From IMG/VR virus record IMGVR_UViG_3300038492_000107, positions 1 to 49,496 of that record: a DNA stretch of 49,496 bases; one strand, written 5' to 3'. The notes under the pieces were generated by a model. The model was not told the DNA's origin and ran no database searches. It saw nothing but the letters and a program-made list of their open reading frames with translations. This document shows positions 1 to 9,304 of this stretch, piece by piece. The position numbers were made by a program, and so were the translations under genes. This stretch comes from a virus (taxonomy: Duplodnaviria; Caudoviricetes). Position 1 is the first letter of the stretch. Each line of letters begins with the position of its first letter.

Positions 1-98
1 CGAGACTACAGCCATCTCCTTTCCCTTGGACATTAGTGATGCGTAAGCGGCCTTAACCGTCTTCTCTCCTTCAACTACCAATACAGGTGCGTTGGGGT
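1..98. repeat. Terminal direct repeat, copy 1 (assembly overlap of a circular or circularly permuted genome)
   Basis: Bases 1-98 are identical to 49398-49495; the primase reading frame continues across the join. Confidence 0.95.
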
Positions 99-513
99 GC
101 CGTAGTAAAGTCTCTCGACCAAATAAAAATAAACCGGCAGGCATTCCAGGTTGAAGCCTTTCTCCATCATAATGCATAGGAAAAATAACTTTGTTTCCAG
201 GACCCTTATCTATACGCAAGGTTACTAAGACTACTTGACTCTCACTATCTTTGTACCTATAGTAAGTTCTTGTATCGTCGTCAGGGGGGATCAATTCCCT
301 CGGGATTGGTCTGGCAACAGCAGGGACATAAGGCTCCGCCTCTACCCCCAAAGCCTCGAACTGTTCTTCGGTTAATGTGGTAGGAGTGTTCCACTCACAG
401 GAAGCGGCGTGGAAGCACTTAACCACATACTCTCCATCCATATCCCTGACACTTAGTGACTTGGATGTAGATTTCTTTCTTAAGTGTGAACATTTAGGAC
501 ATACTGTATACAT
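1..513 (-). CDS. DNA primase, N-terminal part (Zn-binding domain); continues across the origin into 49397..49260 (216 aa in total)
   Basis: Manual translation from ATG at 513: MYTVCPKCSHLRKK...VVKCFHAASCEW (CxxC...C/H Zn ribbon); in frame with the TOPRIM fragment at the other end. Confidence 0.85.
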   Translation of the reverse strand, partial: MYTVCPKCSHLRKKSTSKSLSVRDMDGEYVVKCFHAASCEWNTPTTLTEEQFEALGVEAEPYVPAVARPIPRELIPPDDDTRTYYRYKDSESQVVLVTLRIDKGPGNKVIFPMHYDGERLQPGMPAGLFLFGRETLLRHPNAPVLVVEGEKTVKAAYASLMSKGKEMAVVS

Positions 514-514
514 A

Positions 515-2374
515 CTATTTCCAGAACTTTCTAGTTGATCCCATTCCTTCTTTACTCCAGTAATCTCCCATATCTGATTCGACAACTACTCGCACATCAG
601 GAAGGATTTCTTTCATGGAGTCTATCATTAAGTATGCCATGTCTTCTACATTGTTGTCAAGAGAGTTGTCATCTTTTATTTCAAACAACACCTCGTCATG
701 AATAAATGCTAGTGGGTAAATATCTTCTCTTTTGATCGTCGCTTGCAACAGTCTCCACAACATACGTTTAGTGCCAAAAGCAGCAGGCGTCTGCATTAGG
801 AAGCCATTACAGGCAGCGCTATAAGAACACCCTCTTCTAACTAGTTTTTTATATTTGTAGTAATACTCCTCAGGAATGTCGAAGGGTGATCTCGAGGGAT
901 TTAGGCGGGACTTGGTCTGACCAGATAGACAGAGTTGTTTGATATCGTGTTTTAAAAAGGATTGAAACTCAGGATACGTTTGAAAGAAAACTTTTCTATA
1001 GTATGCGGCTTGAGTCTGCGTCATATCAATTCCGTAAGACTCTTTAGCTGTCCTGGCCATGGTTTTAGGGCCGATACCTCCAGGATATCCGAGATTAAGT
1101 GGTTTGGCCATGGTGCGATACTTTCCATACGCAGGGTCTTTCTTGTTAGCTAAGAATTCTTCATAAGAGACCTCTCTCCCTACATCCTCTGACATCAATC
1201 TACATCCTAAGGCTGAGTGAAGGTCTGCAGGATATTCTCCTTCATTTAACACCTCAAGCATGGCAGACTTCTTATATAGCTTAAATAGTTGTTGTGCAGC
1301 ACACACAAGTTCCAAAGCAGAGTAATCTATAGAAACAAGTTTAAAGCCCTTCCTGGCACCGAAACATTCTCTAATACCGTCTCCTCTGGGGATGTTCTGG
1401 ACATTCAATGCAGGATACAATTTAGAGGCTCTCGCGCTTGTTCTACAAGTATCTACAACAACATTATAATCTGTCCTAACAACTGACTCGGCTTCTTGTA
1501 TAGTTTTGATATAAGTATTAGTTAGCTTCTCAAGGTGCATGTAGTCCACCCATAAAGACATAACTGAGTCATCTTTGTATTTAGCCAAAGTCTGCTTGTC
1601 TGTGGATACATTGCCTTTATCTGTTTTTGATACACCTGGAACGTTGTTTTCAAGGTAGTCCCTAATCGCTTTAGTCTTTTTCTTGAACTCTCCTTTTTTG
1701 TTGATCTCAGCAAAACCTGCCGCAATCAACTTCTCCTGCATGGGTCCCATTTTCTTCCTTAAGGACTCATAGACTTCTTTCACATGCTCAGGCCTCTTTT
1801 GAAAACCTCTGTCAGCCATCATACCCAAGCAGACAGAAGCCCTTACGGAGTCTACGTGAGTGACTTGTTGTTTCTGTCGTATCTGGTACGTATACTTCGA
1901 ATCCATTATACTATAATCTACGGCTGCTTGCGGCCATAATTTTAATGGGATATGAGCAAGCTCCGAATACCTGGTTCGCCAAGCGTCTGGGTCAGTCTTG
2001 GTTTCTGAAATATCTTCGCCTAGATAAGACTCGACCAAAGAAGCCAGGGTGAATTTCTGTATCTTATTAGGAAGTGCGATACTCCTTATCTGCTCGCTGA
2101 TCAATGTACACCATACAAGCTCCTTGTCTAACTTCTCCAGGACCCAATCTGTCAGTTCTGGGTAGTGCTTTAAGATCACAGAGAACTCGAACTTCACGTT
2201 ATGTGCTATTATCTCTTCGTCACCGTCGAGTGAAGACAAAAAAGAAGGGATGTCTGATCCAACAAACACCCCTTCAGACTTTCCGTCGTAGTAGGAAAGA
2301 CACACAGGAGTGGGAGCACTACCTTCACACTCGTTTATCAAGAATGTCTCGAAGTCGATTGCTACTTGTCTCAT
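515..2374 (-). CDS. DNA polymerase family A with 3'-5' exonuclease domain
   Basis: ExoI DFET, ExoII HNVKFE, ExoIII YSIMD; motif A DYSALEL, motif B RTMAKPLNLG, motif C IHDE. Likely start MRQVAIDF at 2374. Confidence 0.95.
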   Translation of the reverse strand: MRQVAIDFETFLINECEGSAPTPVCLSYYDGKSEGVFVGSDIPSFLSSLDGDEEIIAHNVKFEFSVILKHYPELTDWVLEKLDKELVWCTLISEQIRSIALPNKIQKFTLASLVESYLGEDISETKTDPDAWRTRYSELAHIPLKLWPQAAVDYSIMDSKYTYQIRQKQQVTHVDSVRASVCLGMMADRGFQKRPEHVKEVYESLRKKMGPMQEKLIAAGFAEINKKGEFKKKTKAIRDYLENNVPGVSKTDKGNVSTDKQTLAKYKDDSVMSLWVDYMHLEKLTNTYIKTIQEAESVVRTDYNVVVDTCRTSARASKLYPALNVQNIPRGDGIRECFGARKGFKLVSIDYSALELVCAAQQLFKLYKKSAMLEVLNEGEYPADLHSALGCRLMSEDVGREVSYEEFLANKKDPAYGKYRTMAKPLNLGYPGGIGPKTMARTAKESYGIDMTQTQAAYYRKVFFQTYPEFQSFLKHDIKQLCLSGQTKSRLNPSRSPFDIPEEYYYKYKKLVRRGCSYSAACNGFLMQTPAAFGTKRMLWRLLQATIKREDIYPLAFIHDEVLFEIKDDNSLDNNVEDMAYLMIDSMKEILPDVRVVVESDMGDYWSKEGMGSTRKFWK

Positions 2375-2400
2375 AATACCCTCTCTCCTGTCCCCAATTG

Positions 2401-2961
2401 TCAATCAAACACTGACTCGAAATCAGCATTGCCTTTTTTGCTGGTCTTTTCTCCTTTAACAGGATCTTCCGAGAAAGCGTAATCACTAGCTTTTTCAAAA
2501 GAAACAGAGCTACCTACTCCTCCACTACTTCCTGCCACAAACTCTTTCAACTTAACTATCTGAACACCTTGGATATATTTATTGACTCCATAATTACCTT
2601 TGACTAAAGCAAACTTTAAGTTGATTACCGTCCCTTTGTCGATGTTCGGTAACTGCTCTAGCGGGATGATGTTACCTTGGCCGTCAGCCACAGGCACAGG
2701 AACGTCTGAGTAGAAAGATAAGCGAAACCTACCTGTAGAGACAAGACCTGTCTCATCCTTTATATCCACAGGACCTCCTTTAGCCATTTGCTTCATAAGG
2801 TCAGAGAGGATAGCCAGGTTTTCTGGACTAGATTTGTCTTTGTCCAACTCAATGGACACTGAATACGAGGATCCATACTTAGAGGTGAAAGGTCTTTTCA
2901 AAGCTACGAAGGTAGTTTCTACGTCTTTGAGCATATAATTTTTTCTAGCAACTGTTGTCAT
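2401..2961 (-). CDS. Probable single-stranded DNA-binding protein (T7 gp2.5/DUF2815-like)
   Basis: Position next to the polymerase, YSVSIEL and IQGVQIVKLKEF segments, acidic/aromatic C-terminal tail (DFESVFD). Confidence 0.65.
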   Translation of the reverse strand: MTTVARKNYMLKDVETTFVALKRPFTSKYGSSYSVSIELDKDKSSPENLAILSDLMKQMAKGGPVDIKDETGLVSTGRFRLSFYSDVPVPVADGQGNIIPLEQLPNIDKGTVINLKFALVKGNYGVNKYIQGVQIVKLKEFVAGSSGGVGSSVSFEKASDYAFSEDPVKGEKTSKKGNADFESVFD

Positions 2962-3146
2962 TATTTCATCTCCTTTACTTTGTTACTCACTCGTACTACT
3001 TCTGAGGCAATGCGCTTGGCTAGTTTTATAACCTCATCCACCTCCACAACCTCTCCTTTAGAGTTATGTATAGACAACTTAGTGGCATGTCCTAAAGCAT
3101 TCTGCATAATGATCATTAATTGTCTTGAGTCACTATCATTCAACAT
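2961..3146 (-). CDS. Hypothetical protein (61 aa)
   Basis: ORF overlapping both neighbours; RBS AAGGAG upstream. Confidence 0.6.
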   Translation of the reverse strand: MLNDSDSRQLMIIMQNALGHATKLSIHNSKGEVVEVDEVIKLAKRIASEVVRVSNKVKEMK

Positions 3147-3604
3147 AGACTTCTCTCCTTTAACTGTTGTGCGTATTTCTTAAGCTTCTGCAAGGCCTTG
3201 TATCTCTCTTTGCGAGTCAGGTCGAATAACTCTTCCTGTTCCTTCTCAGAGATAAAACCTTCTACCGAGAGTTTATCAACTAAATTACTCTCTGTCAAGG
3301 TCCCTGAAGACATAATCTCATCATTGAACTTGAACTCTGTGGTATCCCCTACTCTTCTTCTCTCTTTGAAGAAGGTCTGCTTACGTATCTTATGAAAAAG
3401 AGCTATTGTCAGATCTTTGAATTTTGATTTATCAGTCAAATAAGTCATGGAACATAGAGTAGCCAAGGCTATCTCTAATCCATACTCCTTGTTGTACACT
3501 TTTTTTGTTAATAAGTCAATGATTATTGCGTTGACCTCCGCTGATTCTAAGGTAACTCCTTGTTTATTCACAAACGGATAGGAGTCTGGGAAACTTGAGA
3601 GCAT
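3140..3604 (-). CDS. Hypothetical protein
   Basis: 154 aa ORF with AGGAG RBS in the replication operon; no motif recognised. Confidence 0.7.
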   Translation of the reverse strand: MLSSFPDSYPFVNKQGVTLESAEVNAIIIDLLTKKVYNKEYGLEIALATLCSMTYLTDKSKFKDLTIALFHKIRKQTFFKERRRVGDTTEFKFNDEIMSSGTLTESNLVDKLSVEGFISEKEQEELFDLTRKERYKALQKLKKYAQQLKERSLC

Positions 3605-3634
3605 TTTTAATCTCCTGTAAATTCACTAGCTATG

Positions 3635-4333
3635 TTACTCGAAGACTGATAGGATTTTTGAAAACATAGCCTCAGCCTCGACTTCTTCAGGAATAGGGAT
3701 GTCTTTAGGGTAGATGATCTTCGAACTGCGGTTTAACAACCCCAAGGCTTTGGTCTTGACAGGCTCAGAAGCTCTCAAGGCTTTGTTTTCTTTGAAGAGG
3801 TCCCAGAACTTACGTACCTCCTCTTGCATCAAAGCTTCCATATCTTTATCCGCTACAACTTCCCAAACAACAAGCCTCCACTCACAAACATATGGATCTC
3901 CTGCCTCTAAGGCAGCCAAGTAACATACAGGAAGTCCTGTAACCATCATCTGAACATGTGCCTGCACTAAATAAGCAGGAGGAGCTTGATAGTACCACTT
4001 CTCGAAAGATTTGTACCCAATGGATTTACATTCGACCAGACCTTTCTTGTGAGTTAGGTAAGCGTCCGGAGTGGCGGCTATGCGATGATCTTTCATCACT
4101 ATAGTAGAGTCCTCGTGCCTGAGAGTCTCCCATCCTAGATCCTCTTTTAAGGCCTCCAGAACTGCTGGCTCCAACAAAACACCCCTACGTAAGTGGATGC
4201 TTTCTATTTTTTGAGGGTCTAATTTACCCTTACGGACAGCCGAAGCTGTCTTATAAGGATTGAGGCCAAGAACGGAACTCATCTCAGTGGCTGTGATATT
4301 CTCTAATCTTTCTTTTCTAAGATGTAATCCCAT
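3635..4333 (-). CDS. YqaJ/lambda-exonuclease-family nuclease
   Basis: ITATE..SVLGLNPY, RGVLLEP, ATPD, VECK (PD-(D/E)xK) and YLVQAHVQM motifs. Confidence 0.9.
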   Translation of the reverse strand: MGLHLRKERLENITATEMSSVLGLNPYKTASAVRKGKLDPQKIESIHLRRGVLLEPAVLEALKEDLGWETLRHEDSTIVMKDHRIAATPDAYLTHKKGLVECKSIGYKSFEKWYYQAPPAYLVQAHVQMMVTGLPVCYLAALEAGDPYVCEWRLVVWEVVADKDMEALMQEEVRKFWDLFKENKALRASEPVKTKALGLLNRSSKIIYPKDIPIPEEVEAEAMFSKILSVFE

Positions 4334-4334
4334 T

Positions 4335-5243
4335 CTAAACCTCTCTATTTTTTATTTTACTGTAGAACTCTTTAGCGATCGTTAAAGAAGCTCTGGCTTT
4401 AGTCAAGTTAGGATATACGATAACAATAATAGTAGAGTTAATCACAATCAGCTCGAAAGAGGCCACTCCTTTCATGAAAGCTCCTAGTGTGATCTCTCCG
4501 GCAAAGTAAGGGTAGGAGAGAAGTATATAAGGAACTAACGACCCAAGGGCTCCCTTTAAGCGACTAAACAAAGCGAAGTACATCACAACCTTAATGTAGC
4601 GGTAGTATGCAAGAGATATATTCTCAAGCTTTTCTTTGAAAGTAAAACAATCATTACCTGAGTAAATGTAACTCAACGTCTCTCGGAAATACCCTTCTTC
4701 TTTCTGCCATCCTGCATCTGCATTGACCATAGGTCGATTAAATAATACCGCTACAGCAATCATAATACCGGTGTATACAGCAGAAGCTTGAAGTATGACA
4801 GGTTGATCTAAGTTAACGAATATGAGGGAGATGACGATACTGAAAGAGATAAACAACTCAGTGCCGACCATTAAATACATCTCGGTAGCATTCCTTAAAG
4901 CTTCTGTCATAGCTTGGGTATAGTTAGGGATTTCTCTATCGCCCTTTACCCACTTCTTAAAAAGGAGCTTAGTGGAGGCTTTCCTCATTTCGAAAGACAC
5001 TAACTGCCCTGCCCAGACTTTAAGGCCTTGAGAAAACCCAAGGCCTAACATAAGTCCGGTAAAGTAAGTCAGGGACTTATAGAAATTGTCTTGATCTTTA
5101 GCCTCAAGAACATCATAGAAATGCTCCCGCCAAAGGGGAATGATGGCAGTGAAGAAGATCTCCACCACCACCACTAATACCAGAAGAGAAGTAAATAGAA
5201 CGAACTTCGATCTATCTACTTTTGATAAAGCATCTCTAAACAC
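4335..5243 (-). CDS. SbmA/BacA-like (ABC_membrane_2-type) transmembrane transporter domain, no ATPase domain
   Basis: About 6 hydrophobic segments; LWREHFYDVLEAKDQDNF, QKEEGYFRETL and PYILLSYPYFAGEITLG resemble SbmA/BacA/YddA transmembrane-domain motifs; no Walker motifs. Confidence 0.75.
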   Translation of the reverse strand: MFRDALSKVDRSKFVLFTSLLVLVVVVEIFFTAIIPLWREHFYDVLEAKDQDNFYKSLTYFTGLMLGLGFSQGLKVWAGQLVSFEMRKASTKLLFKKWVKGDREIPNYTQAMTEALRNATEMYLMVGTELFISFSIVISLIFVNLDQPVILQASAVYTGIMIAVAVLFNRPMVNADAGWQKEEGYFRETLSYIYSGNDCFTFKEKLENISLAYYRYIKVVMYFALFSRLKGALGSLVPYILLSYPYFAGEITLGAFMKGVASFELIVINSTIIVIVYPNLTKARASLTIAKEFYSKIKNREV

Positions 5244-5245
5244 AA

Positions 5246-6094
5246 CTAATCCTCCTTGTACTTGCTAGGATCGGGTTCCCCTAGGTGAGTAGCGATCCCT
5301 AGTTCGTAAGCTTCTCGGCCTGTGATGATTACATCTCGAGCATGTTTCTTAACAATGTGCACGTAGATATAAGCCTCTGTCATGTCAGGATTCTTCTCTT
5401 GTATTATCTGAACCAGTCTATCAAACCCTTTAGCGTTGGAACCAGCGAGGGACTGATAAGCAGACTCTAGTTCATGCAAAGCTGACTCTTTACCATAATC
5501 AATATAATGAGTTAAGGCCAATTGAAGTGCTATTGGGTCGCTTGTGTCAATGCCCAGCGTGTAAGCGGCTGAAACTATTGGCACCATGGCTTCTTCGTGG
5601 GCCTCCAGAATTCCCTGCTCTCGAAGGAGCTCCATGAGGATGGCCATAGTCGGGTCGTTTACCAACTCCACTGCTTTTTTAAGGCTATGTTCATTGAAAG
5701 CATATTTTCCAGAGTATGCCCCGTGCAGAAGCAACTCGGCGTCCGGATCGATATAACGATCTTGTCCGAGAATGAAAGTCTCCACTCCCATAGATGCAGC
5801 TCGTCTAGGTACGAAGGTGTCTACTGGAACGCCTTTCTTCATAAAATAGGCCATTTCCTCCCCTACGCTAACATACCCTCCTGAAGAAGTTATCTCAACA
5901 AGAGCCCGTTCATTAACTCCTTCATGTTCGTTGATGTCTTTCATATGTTCGACGAACTCTTCTCCTGCCTCGAAGGAGAATCCCGTGTCGAACGTGATTA
6001 TATTTTCATTGCGTTCCACCAAAGGTTCTGGAGTAACGTAGTAAAGAGCTGTTCCCAACAAGACCAGCCCAAGTACCGATACATTAATTCTCAT
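5246..6094 (-). CDS. ClpP/crotonase-fold serine protease with N-terminal signal or membrane anchor
   Basis: ITSSGGYV, AASMG (Ser), LLLHG (His), ARDVIITGREAYELGI (Asp region); hydrophobic N-terminus VLGLVLLGTALYY. Confidence 0.75.
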   Translation of the reverse strand: MRINVSVLGLVLLGTALYYVTPEPLVERNENIITFDTGFSFEAGEEFVEHMKDINEHEGVNERALVEITSSGGYVSVGEEMAYFMKKGVPVDTFVPRRAASMGVETFILGQDRYIDPDAELLLHGAYSGKYAFNEHSLKKAVELVNDPTMAILMELLREQGILEAHEEAMVPIVSAAYTLGIDTSDPIALQLALTHYIDYGKESALHELESAYQSLAGSNAKGFDRLVQIIQEKNPDMTEAYIYVHIVKKHARDVIITGREAYELGIATHLGEPDPSKYKED

Positions 6095-6127
6095 ATTAAT
6101 ATCTCCTATTGAAGGTCACATACTACA

Positions 6128-6160
6128 TATAGTATATAACACAAGGGTCGAACATGTCAA
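6128..6160 (-). promoter_or_regulatory. Sigma70-type promoter upstream of the protease-transporter pair
   Basis: Minus strand TTGACA (6160-6155) followed after 16-18 bp by TATATACT. Confidence 0.55.
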
Positions 6161-6174
6161 CCCTTTTGGTTTAT

Positions 6175-7208
6175 TTAAATTATTGGACATCCTCCCGATC
6201 CACATTCCAAAGACTCTTCTACATCATGCTGCGTCAGGTTCCAATCTACTTCAGTTATCTTACTTTTCATGTCATTATACACTTCTTCTGTTATCTCTTC
6301 TAAAGGAGGTTGCGAGAATCCGTGCTCACTGTGTAACAGAAAGGACACCGACTTAACAGAATTAGCGAAGTTTTCTCTCAGCCACTCCCTTATCTCAGGA
6401 AGCTCCTCCTTTTTATAGTAGACTGTACAAGACACACTGTTGTCCGACCAGTTGGTCTGTAGTTCTTTGACATATTCAAGTTGCTGAATGGCAGTCACAT
6501 CTTTTTCTAAGACTGCGTCTTCAGGAGACTCACAAGGAAAAGAAACTACATTAGTCATAGGATCGTCTACCTCAACAGGGGTTTGGATCACTACGCGGGT
6601 AGGACTTATGACTTTTTGAATGGAAATGTCCATATCTTTTACTGCTTCAAGTCCTCCTTCATCAAACTTATCTTTCACTAAGATCTTTAGTTTCTCGATG
6701 TCAATCTCTTCCACCTTAAGTTGGATGGTTTTTGCTGGCTCCATTGGATATCCACCTTCTTTAATGGCAGGAAGCAAGTGAGAACTTGTCGAGACCCTGA
6801 CGCGTCTGATATAATACCTACTGTATCCAGGATGGACTCCGGATGTCACGCCTGCTAGCAAAGATAATGTGCCAGAAGGCTTGACTGTGGTGAGTTTTAT
6901 ACTCTCGTTGAAACCGTGTTCAGCAGAGTATTTCTTATCTAGTTCGCGTAACTTGACATATGTATCTTTTAACCAAAGCCTTTGCTCCGGTGTGGATTGT
7001 AAGTAGCCTGTTACGCCTATACCCATGCGCATGTTCTTATGAACAATATGTTCTGTCTCTTTTAAGTGACATGGAAGGGCTAGACTGTGTTTATTGATCT
7101 TATATAAAAGCTCTACGATATCCCAAAGCTCCTCCTTTGTTTTGTTATTAGGTAAAAACACTTCTGCCAAACAACAGGTTTCATAATTGGCAAGAGATTG
7201 CTCTGCAC
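6175..7208 (-). CDS. nrdJ: Class II (adenosylcobalamin-dependent) ribonucleotide reductase, exon 2
   Basis: AEQSLANYETCCLAE, TTVKPSGTLSLLAG, DNSVSCTV, C-terminal CGSGGCPI; joins exon 1 in frame to restore NPCAE. Confidence 0.9.
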
Positions 7209-8017
7209 CATTTCTGTTATGCATATACCGTTAAGTGTATGCCTATATATTCCTATATAGATCAGACTATATCACCACCCTTTTGAAAGGGGCTTATCGT
7301 CCGAGCTTGTATTTAAAACTTGGTAAAATATGGTCTTCTACTAAGGACTCGAATTTGGCAACGTCCTTAGTTCTTAAAACTAGGTAATAGTAGTTATTTT
7401 GTCTATTAATATTAAACTCTAGGTCCAACTTCTCTTTGAGGGCCTTCTTGAGCAGCCACTGGTCTCCGTAGCTATAACCTTTGATGTTTAATGTGTATTT
7501 AGGAGACGCTTTGCATCTTTTATCGATGTATCTGCTACCGTCCGCCATAAACATAATAGCTAAGGCCTCTCGGTCTAGTAAGGTAAGCATGTGAGGATCT
7601 ATGACCTTGCGTCCATCGATGTACAACCTTTCCCAAATAGTTTGTAGCTTAGGATGTCGGCTCGATTGTGCCCTGCATTGCGGCTTTCTTATGCAGCCAT
7701 CTGTATTATAATCCTTTCGGTCATATATTTTGAAGCCTATGTTTAAGTCATCAAATGCTTCTTTGATTTTGTTGATGTAGTCTAAGTTCTCTTTAACCAT
7801 ATTAATCGCGAAATAAGCGTTGCCTGCTCCTTTTACGCGATAAAGTCCACCGTCAAAGGCCGAGTAATACCAAAGCCTTTTTACTAAGTGTTTTAAATCT
7901 TTGCTCATAGTCGTTGCACTCCTCATAACGAGTTAGCACAGGATTATCCGGTCTGGACGTCCCCTGTTTTTAGATAAGTTATTCGAAAAGGATCTCTCCT
8001 TTAAGCCGCCTGCTTTG
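7209..8017 (-). mobile_element. Group I intron (809 nt) interrupting nrdJ
   Basis: 5' exon ends in U (AAUCCGU), intron ends in G (AGAAAUG); P1 helix CCGUC/GGCGG with U-G at the splice site; P7 halves CAACGACUA and GAUAUAGUC; splicing restores the TGT Cys codon and a 723 aa protein. Confidence 0.9.
7294..7908 (-). CDS. Intron-encoded LAGLIDADG homing endonuclease
   Basis: Two motif-like segments (WYYSAFDGG and LAIMFMADGS); lies between the two P7 strands; likely start MSKDLK at 7908. Confidence 0.8.
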   Translation of the reverse strand: MSKDLKHLVKRLWYYSAFDGGLYRVKGAGNAYFAINMVKENLDYINKIKEAFDDLNIGFKIYDRKDYNTDGCIRKPQCRAQSSRHPKLQTIWERLYIDGRKVIDPHMLTLLDREALAIMFMADGSRYIDKRCKASPKYTLNIKGYSYGDQWLLKKALKEKLDLEFNINRQNNYYYLVLRTKDVAKFESLVEDHILPSFKYKLGR

Positions 8018-9155
8018 ACGGATTATAACCCTCTACATCAGGGTCAGGATACTGAGTTTCTCCCAGTCGTCCTACGGTCCTAGATAAGGGTAGATTAATT
8101 AAACCGTAAGGCTCTCCATTTCCCATATAACCTTCCCATAAGGCCTCTGGAAGATCATCTATATCCTTGACAACTACAGAGTTGTTTGACATGCTCCTGT
8201 AATATGGAGTAGCGCTTACTTTAACCCTGAGTAAATCAGCAGCAGCTGACTCTCCGTATTCCTTCTCTACTTTATCTCGCATCTCACCTAAATAACCATC
8301 CCATATATAAGAGGGGAGATCATCTTTGGTGTTTACGGTGATATCCCAGCGCTTAGCACTTAAGAAGTTAGTGTCAATAGGGTCGCCTAGAGCGATTTGA
8401 GCCGAGCGCCTTACATTACCTGCAACAACTATACTTCCTATCACGTTCATGATATCTAAAGCGTCTACAGGAGTTATCTTCCTACCTTGTCTGGTCTGTA
8501 GAATACGAGATATCTCTTTAATTCCAGTGATCAAGGGAGCTGGACCGGAAGCTGTGCCGCCGAAGCCTTTTATAACTTCTCCATATTTTCTTACTAGGAT
8601 TGTACTGTAGGTGAAAGACTCCCCTGTAACAAAATGAGATCTCAAAGTCTTGTCTAAGAGTGCGACCCAGCCTTCTCTAGAGTCAGGGACGATGAAGTCA
8701 GCATCTGTAGAGTCTTTGTGAGTTACCTCTACTCCAGGAAGGACTGGAGGTAATCCATACACGTGTTTAAGTTGAATATTGAATCCTACGCCACTTCCTA
8801 GCATCAACGCATCAAAAGCCCATGTAAATGGACGTATCGGATCGTTAACTACTGTGAAAGCACAGTTCTGTAAAGAAAGAAGACCCAGACGATCAACTGT
8901 TGTGGTACCCAATTGCCACAAAAACCTACCGGCCACAGAACCTTTAAGTTCTTTAAGCATACGGTAGGCTTTGTTGTAATATTCCTGGTCTTGAAGGTCA
9001 GGAACCTTTAACTGATCCCTGGCTGCGTTTAACACCCTTTTAATCGTCATGTGGAAAGACTCTGTGTCTTCATAGTCGTCTAATATACGTCTCGCGTATG
9101 TCCTCTTGTATACGAACTCTCCTATAGGTCCGAATGGTGTCTTAATATCTTTCAT
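8018..9155 (-). CDS. nrdJ: Class II ribonucleotide reductase, exon 1
   Basis: YKRTYAR, AGRFLW, LQNCAF, LMLGSGVGF, VVAGNVRRSAQI, SMSNNS, ends EGYNP at the intron. Confidence 0.9.
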
Positions 9156-9304
9156 CTATTTACCTTTCAAATACATCATCCATCCAACAACACTTAACCC
9201 TGCTCCTAGGGCTACCCCTAACCCAGCTACCAAAAGACGCTAGGAACAGCACCCCCAATGATGTGTTATATAAATCTTTCATATCATCTACCTTCCTTTC
9301 GTAA

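Noticed and set aside
6175-9155. NrdJ as two separate genes, a pseudogene or an intein-containing gene
   Set aside because: Group I intron boundaries restore one continuous frame, and there are no intein terminal residues.
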